DNA of 62,834 nucleotides from Octopus bimaculoides (taxonomy: Eukaryota), in the NCBI RefSeq assembly GCF_001194135.2, contig NC_068982.1, positions 146,278,336 to 146,341,169 on the forward strand. Reading direction: 5' to 3'. The notes under the pieces were generated by a model. That model worked only from the letters and a program-made list of their open reading frames with translations. It was not told where the DNA came from and did not search any database. Below are positions 35,221 through 49,477 of this stretch, one piece after another. Positions within the stretch are counted from its first letter, which is position 1. Every line of letters begins with the position of its first letter. A program made the translations under genes and the position numbers.

Positions 35221-36589
35221 AAATTGTTGCCATTAATTGTATGTTTACATTATATAACAATTCCTTTTGTATTTTTGTAAAAGTGTGTCCATATACCAGA
35301 AATAAATGTTGTTACTGGAGTTCAAGTTTATAGCGGAAGTTCAGTTCCATTTCTATTAGGTGCTCTAAATAATCAGTAAAACCTTGAACATGAACTTGTA
35401 AACCAGACCTATAATGACACGAACGAATTGAAATATTTAACTGAATCATCACTACATGCAATGTTGAAATCAGCTTCAATGTTTTATAACCAGAACCGTC
35501 AATGACCCACCGGGTTACGGGTAGTCTAGCATACTCCATATTTTAAAGAGAGCCGCTTCTTTTTAGATAATGGTAGAAACATTTTGTGCAAAATATTTTA
35601 ACGACAGCAACATATTTTGAGTGAATATATTTTAATGAGGAATTCATTACTTAAAAGAATATGGGCGATATTGCTGGAAACAATGATAGCTTACTTTGTC
35701 TGTCATTCTTTCTCTCCTGTGTTTTCTTTATCTTGATAAAATTACTTCATACGCTGGCGACGACAAGACTTTTAGGATTGTAGAGTTTCTTTGTTATACT
35801 CTCCTAAATAATGATTGAAGCATATTGCGTGTCGCTTAACAACTGATAAGTGTCTCACTTGAGATATTCATAGCTGTATTTTATAAGCTACCTATATATG
35901 CATACCCTGAGAGAGTACATTTAAATGATAGTTCTATTCATTTTACAGGTACATTATAGAATAGGTACAGAATACATTTGCACCTACTAGGTAAAAATTA
36001 TCTAGAGATAGCTTCCTTCTTTTTCTTTTACTGTTACTTTATCTCTTGACACAACGATAAATACATAATTTGTTTCAATGATAGCTGTATGTCTGCACAT
36101 AATGATAGCAACATCTCCGCATATAACGATAGCTTCATTTCCTGATGTAACGATTACAAAATTGAGATATGGACTGCTTCATCCATGGCTTCATGTCTTT
36201 TCCAAATGATAATGATAGATTCATAAGACGAAATAATGATATTTTCACTTTCTTGCAGAATGTTAGTTTCATCTGTTGACATAATAACACATTCATTTGT
36301 GGTGGTAATGATTGCTATTTGTCTTTACTGAGATATTTTGTGATAAGAACAGTTACAGTAATTGAAACTTTCATAGCATTGTTTCTTGCAGTAATAGCAA
36401 TTTAATAACTTGAGAAAAAAAGTTCATTAATTGAGATAATTACGGCTTCACATACGGCTTCGATGTTAACCGCATAACAGATACGATATGCTTTCATGTG
36501 ACATCACTAAAATATTAATACAAAACTTGCATGTGATATCAGTTCCTCTTTTCAAGTGGAATTTCCTCTTAAAACATTTTTCAAATATA

Positions 36590-37325
36590 TCCTAGATAAA
36601 ATTATCGGAAGCCCGTAAGTCGTCTGAAATATGGCTGCCTATGACAGTTCTGTGCACAGTAAATTAAGAGACCCCATCTGAAAACTTTGTAACATATTTT
36701 CTCTCTCGTTACATTCACTCTTGCAAACTTTTTCTACAGATAACTATGCCCAGTCAACTGTTAGTAGAATGGACATAGTATGCATGTATATACATAATGA
36801 ATATATTTATCACACTTTGTGAAATTATCAGAATATATATCGAACGTGTTGATGCGTCACCTAACATTATCATGTAACCACGTTGTTTACAACACACACA
36901 CACACACACAAGTACACACACGCATATTTGTGCATCAACTCATGTATATTTTTATTTAATGTCATGGAGTTATCTACAATAGAAAACGGCAAATATATAA
37001 CAGTTACGATCTATCTTTACATGACATCTCTAAAATATTAATGTAAAAATTGCTTGTGATATAAGTTTCTTTTTGCAAATGGAATTTAATCTTTAAGTAT
37101 CTTCCACATAAATCCTCGATCAGTAAATTTATCGGAAGGCTGCAAATCGTCTAGAGTACGGCTGCCCATGGCAATCCTGTGCTCTCTAAATTGACAGGCT
37201 ATATCTCAATAGTTTGTGAAACGTTTTCATGGCAACCGGCAAAGCTGCGTTGATGTCATATCTCCTGATGTATACTGTTGTTATTTAACGATGTGGAGTT
37301 ATCTACAGCAGAAAACGAACAAATA
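36590..37325 (+). repeat. Diverged local direct duplication
   Basis: aaattatcggaagcccgtaagtcgtctg..ggctgcctatg vs aatttatcggaaggctgcaaatcgtcta..ggctgcccatg; ggagttatctaca..agaaaacg in both copies. Confidence 0.7.
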
Positions 37326-40231
37326 GGAAAGGAAAACATATTCGTAGGAAAGGAAAATATATTGAGCCTAGAGAGTGGGTAGAAAGAAGAAATGTGATAA
37401 TATTAATTTGTTTGCTTTCAATTAGCGTTGAAGTGAAATGTGCTACAGTTCTTGAGAAATTTCGATTCAAATAATGGTCACCGGCGTTCCGGTCTATTTT
37501 TCTTTCTGAAGATATGTACTATTTATGTACGTACAATCTCGAAGGTAATTGTGCGTATTGAATGTTTTCATATTTTTTGCAATTAACCTATATATGACCT
37601 AGCTTTTATTCTGCGACACGAAGCTTTAAATTTGTTGGTCTTCGTTTGGGATGAATGGTATTTTCCTATACAAACCCATTATTCGAGAATGGATGTATTC
37701 ACAGGAAGGTAATATTGTTGTGCAAATATTTATAACAATGTATTTTAATTTTCGTAATCAGATAGAATTGCTAGTTCTAATACAATCCAATATTAAAAGA
37801 ATGTTAGAATTAATTACTCATTAATTTCTGCTTCTATACGGGAAATCCCATAGATAATAGATAGAACTCTCAGTTTGCGTGTAACTAAAATAGATTGCGT
37901 TAAATGTCGATAATGCCAGTATACTTTGGGTTATCAAAATTAGAATTTTATTATTTAGATGAAATTATCCGGGAATTTCCAGCAGAAAGTATGTGTTTGT
38001 GAGCATACGAATGGAAACATTTATATCAATGTTCTGTGCTATTTAAGGACGTAGAACATTATTTTACATTTATAACAATACAAATTGAAGTAGCAATATA
38101 TGGATTTACATTAGAAAACATTGTCATTGATTATATCAGTTATCCCAGAGCAACTTCCTGATATATGAGGAATGATATCTATTATTTTACATAACGGAAT
38201 GTGGATATTCGAACATAGAAAATCATATATTCAGTAAATAATTCAAATCTGTTAATCTCATAGATTTTCAGTTAGCATTGAATACATGTGTTATTAGTTT
38301 GATATATCCCTCTTGTTACTTCCACATCATTTGTGCATTTTTCTTTAAGACCTCTATATTCTAAAGCAGCAACTAATCATCAACATTGTATTTATGCTAT
38401 TCTAGGAATAATGGAAGAAAGATGGTAAGTTTAAATTTATTTTATGTAATGATTATTCACATGTAGAATGTTCAAACATGTATCGATGGAATGCTAAAAG
38501 GACAATCCGAAATACAGTGATGAATATAGAGTATACAGTTAGGCTGTTAAAAAATTATCTGAGTGATATTAAAATACTAAATCTCTTCAAAAAGTTCTAA
38601 TTTTGAATATCTCATTCAAAATTATTCGCTATTTTAATGTTGGGATTATTTTTATTACCCTACAAGTTGTCTGCATTTTATACATTAAACCAATACATAA
38701 TGGAGCATCCACTGTATTACAGTAAATTATTGGGGAACAATTTATGCAATGATGTTCGTGTTTTAAAAAAAAGGTAGATCCTACTGGTTGAATTTATTTC
38801 ATTATATTTCTAAACTTGTGCATAATGTGCAAATATAATGAATTGCAATGTGCAAAAACGAAAGTTATTCAAAAGAAATGACGATAGTGAGACACGGTAA
38901 TGATACAACCATCCACTATTATATACTACTATATTCTCACAAATATAACAATGCAATCTTCCAACTAGTCATCAGGGAATCGTTTATCGATTTATTTTGT
39001 CAACTGACTTGCTCGATTTATATTAGATACAGATTTATAGGATTTAGAGCAACATGAAATTCTACGTAGTTACAACACAAAATAATAAATGAGTATTTCC
39101 TTAGCTTCTAATCTTCCTTGCAACCATATCTTGGGATAGAATTGTTTAAACGATGACGTTTTTCAACAAAATCCATCATTATTATGCGACGTTTGACTAT
39201 TAATAAAATTATTCAGGAAGTCATTCGCAATATAAATTGTGAATGACCATCCAGTACCAATATTTTCCGGGAATCCACCCAAATTCAAATCTACTAAATT
39301 CAGTATAGTGTAAAAATTACTTCATGAGCATTTTGAAATGTACGCAGTGATCAAAATTTTATTTACCACATTAATTTTTGTATGTTATTTCCTTTACAAA
39401 TTAACAAATTAAGTAAAGTTCATATGATTGGAAGTTTAATAAGAATTCCTAGTAACATAATAGCATGATACAAAACAGTAAAAAAAAAACGTATTAAACT
39501 TATTCTGTAGAGATATATTTTGCACAGATGAAGAGACGGAATAGATTTTATTCTCAGCATTGTAATTCCTACTAAGATAATTAATCAAGTTCTATCTATG
39601 TAGGAACAGAATTAAAGATTTAACAGAAGTTGCAATGATTTATCATAATTGCGCATCATTACATCGTATCACCAATTAGCAATTTAGCTTCTTAAAGGTA
39701 TTTTATCTTATATGACAATCATCTGTCTACTAATAGATTGAAGAAACATTACTCCCTTAATTATTTTCATTTTGATCAACTTCAATCTTAATTATACTTG
39801 TGGCTGACAGTGGAATTAAATAAGCAAATATATGATATTTCCTTCATAAAACAAGCTCAGATTGCATCACAATATTGACTACGTGGTTTAAGATTTAGGC
39901 TGGTGACAACGTGGTCTACACGTAATCCACAAATGGTTACATTGTAAATGAAATTTGTCGAATGCATTGGAGATAAACTTAAACCGCACAACCATTAAAT
40001 ATGAAAATCGAGTCAATGAAACATAAAAGATTGTCCCATGAATATATCTATCTCAACGTCTAGCTGGGTATCCGTTTCGGACAATGAGTTATTCTGTTTT
40101 AACTAGCATTCACGTTAAACCATGAATAGGATAATCGTTGATATGGTTTCTCTCTCTTTCTCTCTCACACACATATACACACACATGTATGTATGCATTA
40201 TTTTCTTTCGAACACCTGGCATTCCAACGTT

Positions 40232-41345
40232 ATTATGTCGTTTACGTATCAATAATTGCATAAAACACTTTACCCGCTACTGAAATATATATAGAGTATG
40301 CAGTTTAGGACTTTATAATAAAATAATTAAATAACCCGCCTGTTTTANNNNNNNNNNNNNNNNNNNNNNNNNNNNNNNNNNNNNNNNNNNNNNNNNNNNN
40401 NNNNNNNNNNNNNNNNNNNNNNNNNNNNNNNNNNNNNNNNNNNNNNNNNNNNNNNNNNNNNNNNNNNNNNNNNNNNNNNNNNNNNNNNNNNNNNNNNNNN
40501 NNNNNNNNNNNNNNNNNNNNNNNNNNNNNNNNNNNNNNNNNNNNNNNNNNNNNNNNNNNNNNNNNNNNNNNNNNNNNNNNNNNNNNNNNNNNNNNNNNNN
40601 NNNNNNNNNNNNNNNNNNNNNNNNNNNNNNNNNNNNNNNNNNNNNNNNNNNNNNNNNNNNNNNNNNNNNNNNNNNNNNNNNNNNNNNNNNNNNNNNNNNN
40701 NNNNNNNNNNNNNNNNNNNNNNNNNNNNNNNNNNNNNNNNNNNNNNNNNNNNNNNNNNNNNNNNNNNNNNNNNNNNNNNNNNNNNNNNNNNNNNNNNTAT
40801 ATATATATGTATGTATGTATCGATGCACTTGCGTGTATCTGTATATATGTAGTTTTGCCAAGTATCAAAAGTTTGTTAGATTGTAGGTATGTATCTATTC
40901 ATATCATAGGTTTTACACGTCTTCTGATGTCTGTATCGAGATTCCATATCCTTAGTGTGAGCTTTTAAAAATCTGTGATTTTACATGTATAGGAAAGACT
41001 GATCTGGGCTGGGTAGCAATCCTGTGAAATACATACGTGTGTGAATGAAATTAAATTGGGAAAGAAAGCGGAAAGTATAGGGGAAGGCTCTTTTCCTTAT
41101 AATCTTCCTCTGCATACCTAAGTATTCTAGAGTATAATGACTAATATTGAATAGTCATTCACTATCCAAAGTAATACACTTCCATCTTCACCTCTAGTGA
41201 ATTACTTCTTCTTTGCTGAAGATTTCAGAATTCGAAATGTTATTATGCATTCGCTTACGTATCGATAATCGCATAAAACACTTGTACTCGCTATGTATAA
41301 AGAGTATACAATTTAGAATTTTATAGTAAAGAAATTAAATAACCT
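40232..41345 (+). repeat. About 110-bp direct repeat pair roughly 1 kb apart (40232-40340 and 41243-41345)
   Basis: tacgtatc(a/g)ataat(t/c)gcataaaacactt..agagtat..aattaaataacc in both copies. Confidence 0.75.
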
Positions 41346-41630
41346 TGTGAGTAGATTTGGTAGACGGAAACTGAAAAGACGCTCGTCGAATATATGTATA
41401 TATATATGAGTGTGTGTGTGTGTTTGTCCCCCCACCAACCTTGCATGACAACCGATGCTGGTGTGTTTACGTCCCCGTAACTTAGCGGTTCGGCAAAAGA
41501 GACTGATAGAGTAAGTGCTAGGCTTACAAAGAATAAGTCCTGGGGTCGATGTGCTCGACTAAAAGTGGTGCTCCAGCATGGCCGCAGTCAAGTTACTGAA
41601 ATAAGTAAAAGAGTAAAATAGTAAAAAGTA
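41343..41630 (+). mobile_element. SINE family 2, 5'-truncated copy
   Basis: ccttgtgagtagatttggtagacggaaactgaaa..gtccccgtaacttagcggttcggcaaaagag..gctccagcatggccgcagtc. Confidence 0.9.
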
Positions 41631-41774
41631 ACCCTCCTGTATTAATCTACTCTTGTGCGTGTGTGTGTGTGTGTGTGTGTATGTGTGTGTGTGTGTATGT
41701 GTGTGTGTGTATGTGTGTGTGTGTGTATGTGTGTGTGTGTGTGTGTATAGGAATATATACATATCTGTTTGTAT

Positions 41775-41813
<39 letters not shown>

Positions 41814-43611
41814 TACTCATATATACACATATACACACGGGCAAGAATCATAATCAGAATGGATATTTTTTACGTATGTGTATAAATGTGTCTGTGCATT
41901 TATGTGTGTGTATGTGTGTGCGTGCGCGCGCTTGTGTGTATCTTTGAACACCGTGCAATATACAGAATGAGCATAATATATATTAGATGTTTTCTGTATA
42001 TTAACTAGTGGTACAAAATGTATTCTATTAATATGTCAACATTTTGATTAAATTAAGTATATTGATATATCCCTTTAACTCATGGTTAAATATCCTTAAT
42101 TAAACATATCTTCTCTTAATATAGAATTGCAGTTAGTTTCTTTTTCAAACGAAAATTTAATACTACATAATAACTAAAACCACATTTTCTTTATTCAAAT
42201 CAAATCGTTAGTATGATAATTTTATAATTAAAAACTAATTAGATAATTCAAGGAAAGAACAATGTTTTGGTATCATTACATATAGCTGCATTACCGGAGC
42301 TACATAGTAATCCATATGCTTCAATTAATGTAATTATATAAAACAAAACACTTCTAAGATAAACTAAAAATGTTGACATAAGTCATTTCTTTTTCCGCTG
42401 CTGTAAACGTCATTAAACTTCGTATTCAAGTTATGGAACCCTCTTTGAATTTTCTATTCCAGTAAACGTGTGTGCCACCGGGTTATATTTTTCACAATTT
42501 TATTCATATCAATACATATAATTAATCTGCGTTTCATTTCACTTACACTGTTGAATTCCTTTTATAAATAGGCTATCAAATCGCTTGAAAGAACAGCTAA
42601 AGTTTTTTTTTTTTAAACCAGACTACCGTCTTGTGAAGAATTGGCAAAGTAAGTAATTTTAATGTTGTAGACCTAAACGTGACGTCTGTTAAAAGAATGG
42701 GATATCACGGAGGAACTGTGGGTGAGCATCGTCTCACTCGGTCAGGTGCTGAACCTAAACAAGTTCAATGTGTGTCGCCCGAAAAAGAACTTTACGTACA
42801 TTGCTCATGGATACCTCACGTATACCATGACAAAACCATACTCACTATATTTTCAAGTATCAATATATGTGTATTTATCTCGAATCTAATTATAAAAATA
42901 CTGTTTTGTTTATGTATCATTGTTCTCGTTATCTAGAGTAAGTAAGCTTTTAGATAATAGTAGCCATTTTCGTTGTCAGTGAATTTCCGTAGCGAGAAGA
43001 TGCTGGATGATATTGCTGAGAAATGGAGACACTGTGAAATAACGATCATGACTTTCGAAAGCGAAATGCGCTTGGGATATCTATAGGTAAAATGGTGTAG
43101 ATGGGATATAGAGAGTAATATATGTCTTATTAATTAAAAAAAACTACATTTGTATTAGCAATAGAAGTGACAAAGAAATATTGTTGATTAGTTGATAAAG
43201 CTCGCTAATTAATTAGCTTTTTCCAATCTGTAACAACCTGGAATGTTAGTGATGATTGCAGTTCTGTCATTTCTTGTATAAAAGAAATTCCTGTACAAAG
43301 ACTCACCATTGGCTGTGAAAACCATAGTAGTTTCTCTGTTTGTCAGCAAAGGGACATCGTTCGACAGGAAGTGTGTTGATGGGGTGTGCGACATAGAAAC
43401 GGTGTGACAGAGACAGAGAGAGAGACACACACACACACAATGAAACAAATGGAGAAAGAGAGATAAACAAAGATAAACACAGAGAGAGATAAAGACAGAG
43501 ACTGTGTGTATGTCTGTGTATGCGTTTATTTTAACTTCGGTGCCTACATTTGACTGCTCGGTCATCATGGTTGTTTAGTAATTCAGCTGTAGACTGTAGA
43601 AGTTTCATAAA

Positions 43612-43706
43612 TTCAGTTTATATAACAGCTGAAAATGTTGCTGTTCAGTTTATATATCAGCTGAAAATGTTGCTGTTCAGTTTATATATCAGCTGAAAAT
43701 GTTGCT
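43612..43706. repeat. 32-bp minisatellite x3
   Basis: ttcagtttatatatcagctgaaaatgttgctg repeated three times. Confidence 0.95.
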
Positions 43707-44299
43707 ATTAATTCTAGTTGTTGTCTTTTTTTTGTTTTGTTTTTTTGAAATGTAAAAACTTTTAGCATAAATCTTCAGGTCGTCTACAAAGAAAATATGA
43801 GCTATATTGATGTTCTAGCTGTTGAAGGTCCTAGCCTGTAACCATTTGTTTTTTGTAATAGGAACGATAATGGATTCAGTGCCAAAATAAATACAAGTAC
43901 AGAAAGACTATCTCCTAGGAATATTCCCTTTGAAATGGTTATAATATCTGAAACAATTATTCTGTCCTCAGTTGGAAGGGTGAGAATTGTGGTCCATGTC
44001 TTTGTGAGACTCTGTCTATAGCAGCAATTAGGGTGGTATGTATGTATGTATGTATGTGTGTATGAGTGTATGCATGTGTGTGTGTATGCATGTATATTTA
44101 TATACGTATATACTGATAAATATATATATATAATGTATGGGAGTTTAGTTCACAGGTGATCTAAGCTATAAAGTTCGCTAGGTAAGTAATGTAACGGATT
44201 ACTACGGCTCCAATGTTATAGCCCAGACGGTAGTTATGGAACGATTGCAAATTTCCGATGCAGCAGATATATAATTGTTAAAGAGAAAAAAAGAAACGT

Positions 44300-46200
44300 T
44301 AATGCAAGGTAAACATCTCAAGTCATACACATTATTATTAGTGGGGAAAAATTGAAAGTCTTACAGCTGTGGGTATCCCAGAAGCATCTGTAAAACTGAA
44401 TCTTTTTTCCAATAATAATAATGTATATGACTTGAGATGTATTGCCTTGCCTTAACGTTTGTTGTCCTCTTTAACAGTTATATATATATACTACTAAGAC
44501 GAAAAACATTACAGACTTCTCTCACCAAGAAATATTTCTGTTTATAGCCCAATTGTTTAGGAACGATAGCAGCATTTGTAATTGTTATCGACAGCACTGA
44601 AGAAAAAAATATGATTCGTTTCGTAATGCAGTTTGAATATTAACAAGGCATTGTGATTCTATTATATATGGAGAATGAACAGATTCACAATCTTCTTCGG
44701 TCTAGCTACACGGCCAAAACATGGACTCGGTTCCTACTGACTTCTCATAAGACAGCACGCTGAGTTTTACAATATTCCAGGAGAAATGCATTTATTCAAC
44801 AGGCGTGGACGTATATCACATTCAGGTACGATATTAACCTGTAATTCTAGGTCATATGCATCTTCTTTTTTTAGCTAACGGTGCTGTGCGGGAAAATGTC
44901 AGAAAGTGTAACATATCAATATCAGCGCCCGTTGTTCTTTTGAACGTGTTTATGAGGGTTGTCCTCTGAAACGTCAGATACCTATACCGATGACTGATTA
45001 TCAGCTCTGTTCCAGATTATTTTCCGTTCGATAATCTGCAATAAGCCTTATGGAAATTTCGCTGTGGATATTTTAAATTTCGGAACAGACACTTGCATAG
45101 TATTCGTTGCGTAACGCATTTAGATACATTCTTGGTGTGTTTGTTTGCAATCCAGAACCCTACTAAGATAACTTTGTATAATCCTGCAAAGGAGCTTTCA
45201 CTAATCTGATTGTATGACCTTTCATACTGAGATATATCACTGGTGGGCTTAGTGCGACCTTGCCTTTAACTGCCATAAGTTTTCGCAGGGATTTTACAGT
45301 AACGATAATTTTCACTCACCGTTTGCAATTCTCTAGTGATTTGAGGTCTATGATTCATTAGACCTTCGTTAATATATCATCAAGTCAATATTGTTGATTA
45401 CTGAATTTATTACTCACTATGCACTTGATGATTAAGTCTAATTGTTCATATTTTTTTCTGGAGATATCCATATATTTTGGTGGTTTCCTTCTCATTGCAG
45501 CTGTTCCCCAATCTACCATCTGTTAATGAACAGTAAACATAATGCAATACAGTAGCACATTCAATGTTTAAAATTGCAGTACTCGATATATGCAAGGTGT
45601 ACTTAGCTACCTATTTCATCGCAGATAACATAAGATCAGTAGATTTTCTATCGATTCGTGAGGAAATTGCTCACTATTGTAGTTGCTCATTAATGTAGAT
45701 AGCGAACATTTGTTTGAATGTTAGCCTAATAACTTAGAGTTATGTATATTCTTCATTCATTACTGTTGTTTGTTCATAATCACTTAGCGCTCGGCCATAT
45801 AATGGCGACTTGTTATTACGGTCGCAGTCCATTTTGCTTACGGTCTTCTCAGAATAAAGATACGTTGTTATGTTCTGACATTGTTTTAAAGTGCTTTTTT
45901 GATGGTTAGTAAAGATAACAGCAATTATTTTCTCGACGACGACTGCTGGTCGTTGTAAATCTTTGAATCTAAAGGTCAAACAGCTAATGTATTTTAGATC
46001 CCAATAACACTTCTTTTACATGCAGGCAATCGAGGAATATCCCTTGTCCGTTTTAAAAGACTTATTTGAGGGGTTTAGCTGAATTGAAATGTGCAGTAAA
46101 AATTCTTTCGTGATATGCGAAAACAGAACCCCATCCCTCTCTATTCTCTCATGATGCATTTAGTAGTAGGTCTCCGTCTTCAGCTTCGCATTTATTTGAA
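44300..46200 (-). pseudogene. Possible very old non-LTR RT remnant
   Basis: Only weak motif echoes on the minus strand (NKSP near 45800; G.*RQG..P near 45260). Boundaries uncertain. Confidence 0.25.
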
Positions 46201-46374
46201 GATAACTAATGTCTAACTTGGCTTGTAGCAAATACAAAACATCTAGAATATAATATGTTTACACAGAATATAGACAGTCCTCTTATGCTGACAAGACACT
46301 CCGATGCCATTCTAATAATTTCAGTCTTTCTATGAATATTCAACTGTTTTAATGCATAGATAATACGTATGTAA

Positions 46375-46443
<69 letters not shown>

Positions 46444-46517
46444 CATGTGTATATATACATATATCTATACATACATATATGTATGTATGTACGTATGTAT
46501 GTATGTATGTATGTATG

Positions 46518-46552
<35 letters not shown>

Positions 46553-46883
46553 ATATATATACAAATTTATCAGAATATTTGGACTGAAGATTGGAATAGT
46601 GAAATTTTCATTCGCTTAACCATGAAACGATTCGTATCCAATTAACTAAAGACTTGTTTTGTTTACGCTTTTCCCTCCGGTTTTTTGTTCTATGTGTGCC
46701 ATAAATATCGCCATCCGTTTAGAGAAAAATTTGTAGTTTAGAATCAGTAGTTCTTTGACTGCTATTTCTAAATTTTCAGTATGTCGGAGAAGCAACTCAA
46801 TGCTAATCCCTGTATATTTATGATATATATATATATATATATATACATACATACATACATACATACATACATACATACATACA

Positions 46884-46917
<34 letters not shown>

Positions 46918-46919
46918 CA

Positions 46920-47799
46920 TAAGGTCTGATCAATAATAATCCGAACTGTTGCTATCAAAACAAAACTACAGCACGGAGCAATTTGGCATTTAATCTCCTT
47001 CAAAGTAGTCCCCTTCGGAGGCCACACACTTAAGCCAGCCTTGTTTCCATTGATGGAAACATTCCTGGAACTCGTTTTCTGCGATAATCAGCAGCTGCCT
47101 CGTCGCGTTCGCTTTGATTTCCTCGACGTCATGAAATCTCCCTTTCAAGCGGGATTTGATTTTTGTAAAGAAGAAGAAGTCGCAAGGGGCGAGATCTGGG
47201 GAATACGGTGGATGTCGGACCTGGGAAATGCTGTGCCTAGCAAAAACCGGTTGTACAAGCTGCGCTGAATGGACAGGTGCGTTGTCAACTGAAAGCAGTT
47301 TTCGGCACAAACTTGGCAGACACACATCCCGTACCCAGTCTTCAGTGATAATGAACTGAACTGTACCGTAACTAATCAATACATATTCTGATAACACACG
47401 GATGGTGACTCGAGGAATTTCCCTCACAACTACACGCGTATCTGCGATGTTTTTCTCAGTTCTGTTGGTTGCAGGTCTCCCAGAACGCTCTTCACAATCG
47501 ACATTCTTTCGACTCATAGACTCCTCTCCATACACTTTCTGAAACTTTTCGTAGGCATCTGAGCAGGTATCGCCAAGTTTTTGGCAAAATTTAACGCAGA
47601 TTCATGGTCAATGCGACGATCACACACTACAAACGTTTCTTCCAAGCACTGCTGTAAACAGGGGAAGTAAGCTGGAATGTTAAGACTTAATGCGCATGCA
47701 CAGCAAATTTCAACGTCAATCTGTGCCAAGGGGCTTCACTGTGCATACTATAGCCTCGTTAATAAGGCAATAAACCAGATATTTATTGATCAAACCACG
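46920..47799 (-). mobile_element. Mariner (DD34D) element with internal deletion (880 bp)
   Basis: TIRs taaggtctgatcaataa and rc cgtggtttgatcaataa, with TA at 47800-47801. ORF 46990-47535 has ERSGRP, DNAPVH, HPPYSPDLAPCDF (34 aa D-D) and GDYFEGD; the first catalytic D region is missing. Confidence 0.93.
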
Positions 47800-48912
47800 T
47801 ATACACAGTTCATAGATGACAACCAGACATTCTCCGTATAGAATAAACCTAGTAGTGCTCAAGCGATTCAAACTTGAGCCGGTATAAAGCAAATGTAGAG
47901 ATAAGCAAGGTAGATGGATCAATGTATAAAGTATATTAAATACATGAAAACAAAAAGTGTATATATATACATATATATATATNNNNNNNNNNNNNNNNNN
48001 NNNNNNNNNNNNNNNNNNNNNNNNNNNNNNNNNNNNNNNNNNNNNNNNNNNNNNNNNNNNNNNNNNNNNNNNNNNNNNNNNNNNNNNNNNNNNNNNNNNN
48101 NNNNNNNNNNNNNNNNNNNNNNNNNNNNNNNNNNNNNNNNNNNNNNNNNNNCAATTAATATTCTAAATACAATTTGTTAGGTCACTGCGTCATTTTTTCT
48201 CTCCAAAAATTTCCTAATAATGAATAAAATCCGTAAAACTACAGAAGTAAATATTTTCTCCCTAATAAAATCTAATTTCCTCTTTCTAATACTAATCCTT
48301 TCAACTCCTACTTCCTCTTATGAACCTTTACGAAAAAGTCCAACAACAAATACAAAAAGAAAGGAAGGAGAAAAAGAAAACTATCAAAACTGAAACAATC
48401 ACATTTCGATACTATAATGAACGATACTAAAACTACATACAAAATTACTTTGCCCCTCTAAAATTAACTATTTCTATTCCTCTTACACATCGTTTCAATT
48501 GCTACTTTCTCTTATGAACATTTACGAACAATCCAAGAAAAAAGACAAAGAAACGAAGGGGAGTGAGAGAGTCAAATAAACAGACACACTGCCAATCATA
48601 CGTAAATACACACATATATATGTACCTATGGTTACCAATGACCTCATTCTAATTGGCGGGAACTAAACCCTAACATAGAAACGAAAGAAAAAGAGTGAGA
48701 GTCAAATAAATATTTTCCCCTGTAACACAATGTCATTTCCTCTTTCTATAACAACTTTCACCTTTTATTACGCACATGAAATGCCACCTATACACTTACA
48801 TACAAATACACAGATACATGAAAATACCTGTCACTTATGTACCTATGGTTACCAATGATCTCATTATCATTGGCCCGAATTCTAACTTCACTTCTCATTC
48901 CTAACACCGTCC

Positions 48913-49477
48913 TTTAACATTCGCAGTCAAACATTTATTCAATACAGACTGTCCATACAAACTGTGAGTTTCTTGAATTTCGTTCTAAATGCTAATTATG
49001 AACCTTTACGAACGATCCAACAAAATATTAAACAACAAAGCAAGCAGAAACACTAGGAAAACAGTCAAACTGTGAGTTTTTTTTAATTCTTTTTTTAAAA
49101 CACATTTAATCACATACATACAAACACACAGAAATGAAGGAGAAACACTGAGAGTAAAATAAACAAACACACTGCCAATCCTACGAGTATCTTTCACTTT
49201 AAACTGTGAGTTTCTTCAAAATCTTTCTTCAAACACAATTACTTTATACCATGTAACTTTAACATTCGCATTCAAACTATTACTCAGTACAAACTGTCCA
49301 TACAAACTGTGAGTTTCTTGAATTTCGTTTTAAATGCTAATTTCTATTATGAACCTTTACGAACGATCCAACAAAATATTAAACAAGAAAGCAAGCAAAA
49401 ACACTAGGAAAACAGTCAAACTGTGAGTTTTTTGAGATTATTTTTTAAAACACATTTAATCACATACATACAAACAC
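48913..49477 (+). repeat. About 215-bp direct repeat (period 345 bp) in the Helitron 5' region
   Basis: 48913-49127 vs 49258-49477 are nearly identical. aaactgtgagttt occurs five times in the region. Confidence 0.92.

Noticed and set aside
44945-44985. Possible hammerhead gagg..cctc-t-gaaacgtc
   Set aside because: No CUGANGA or UUGANAA strand and no stem I.
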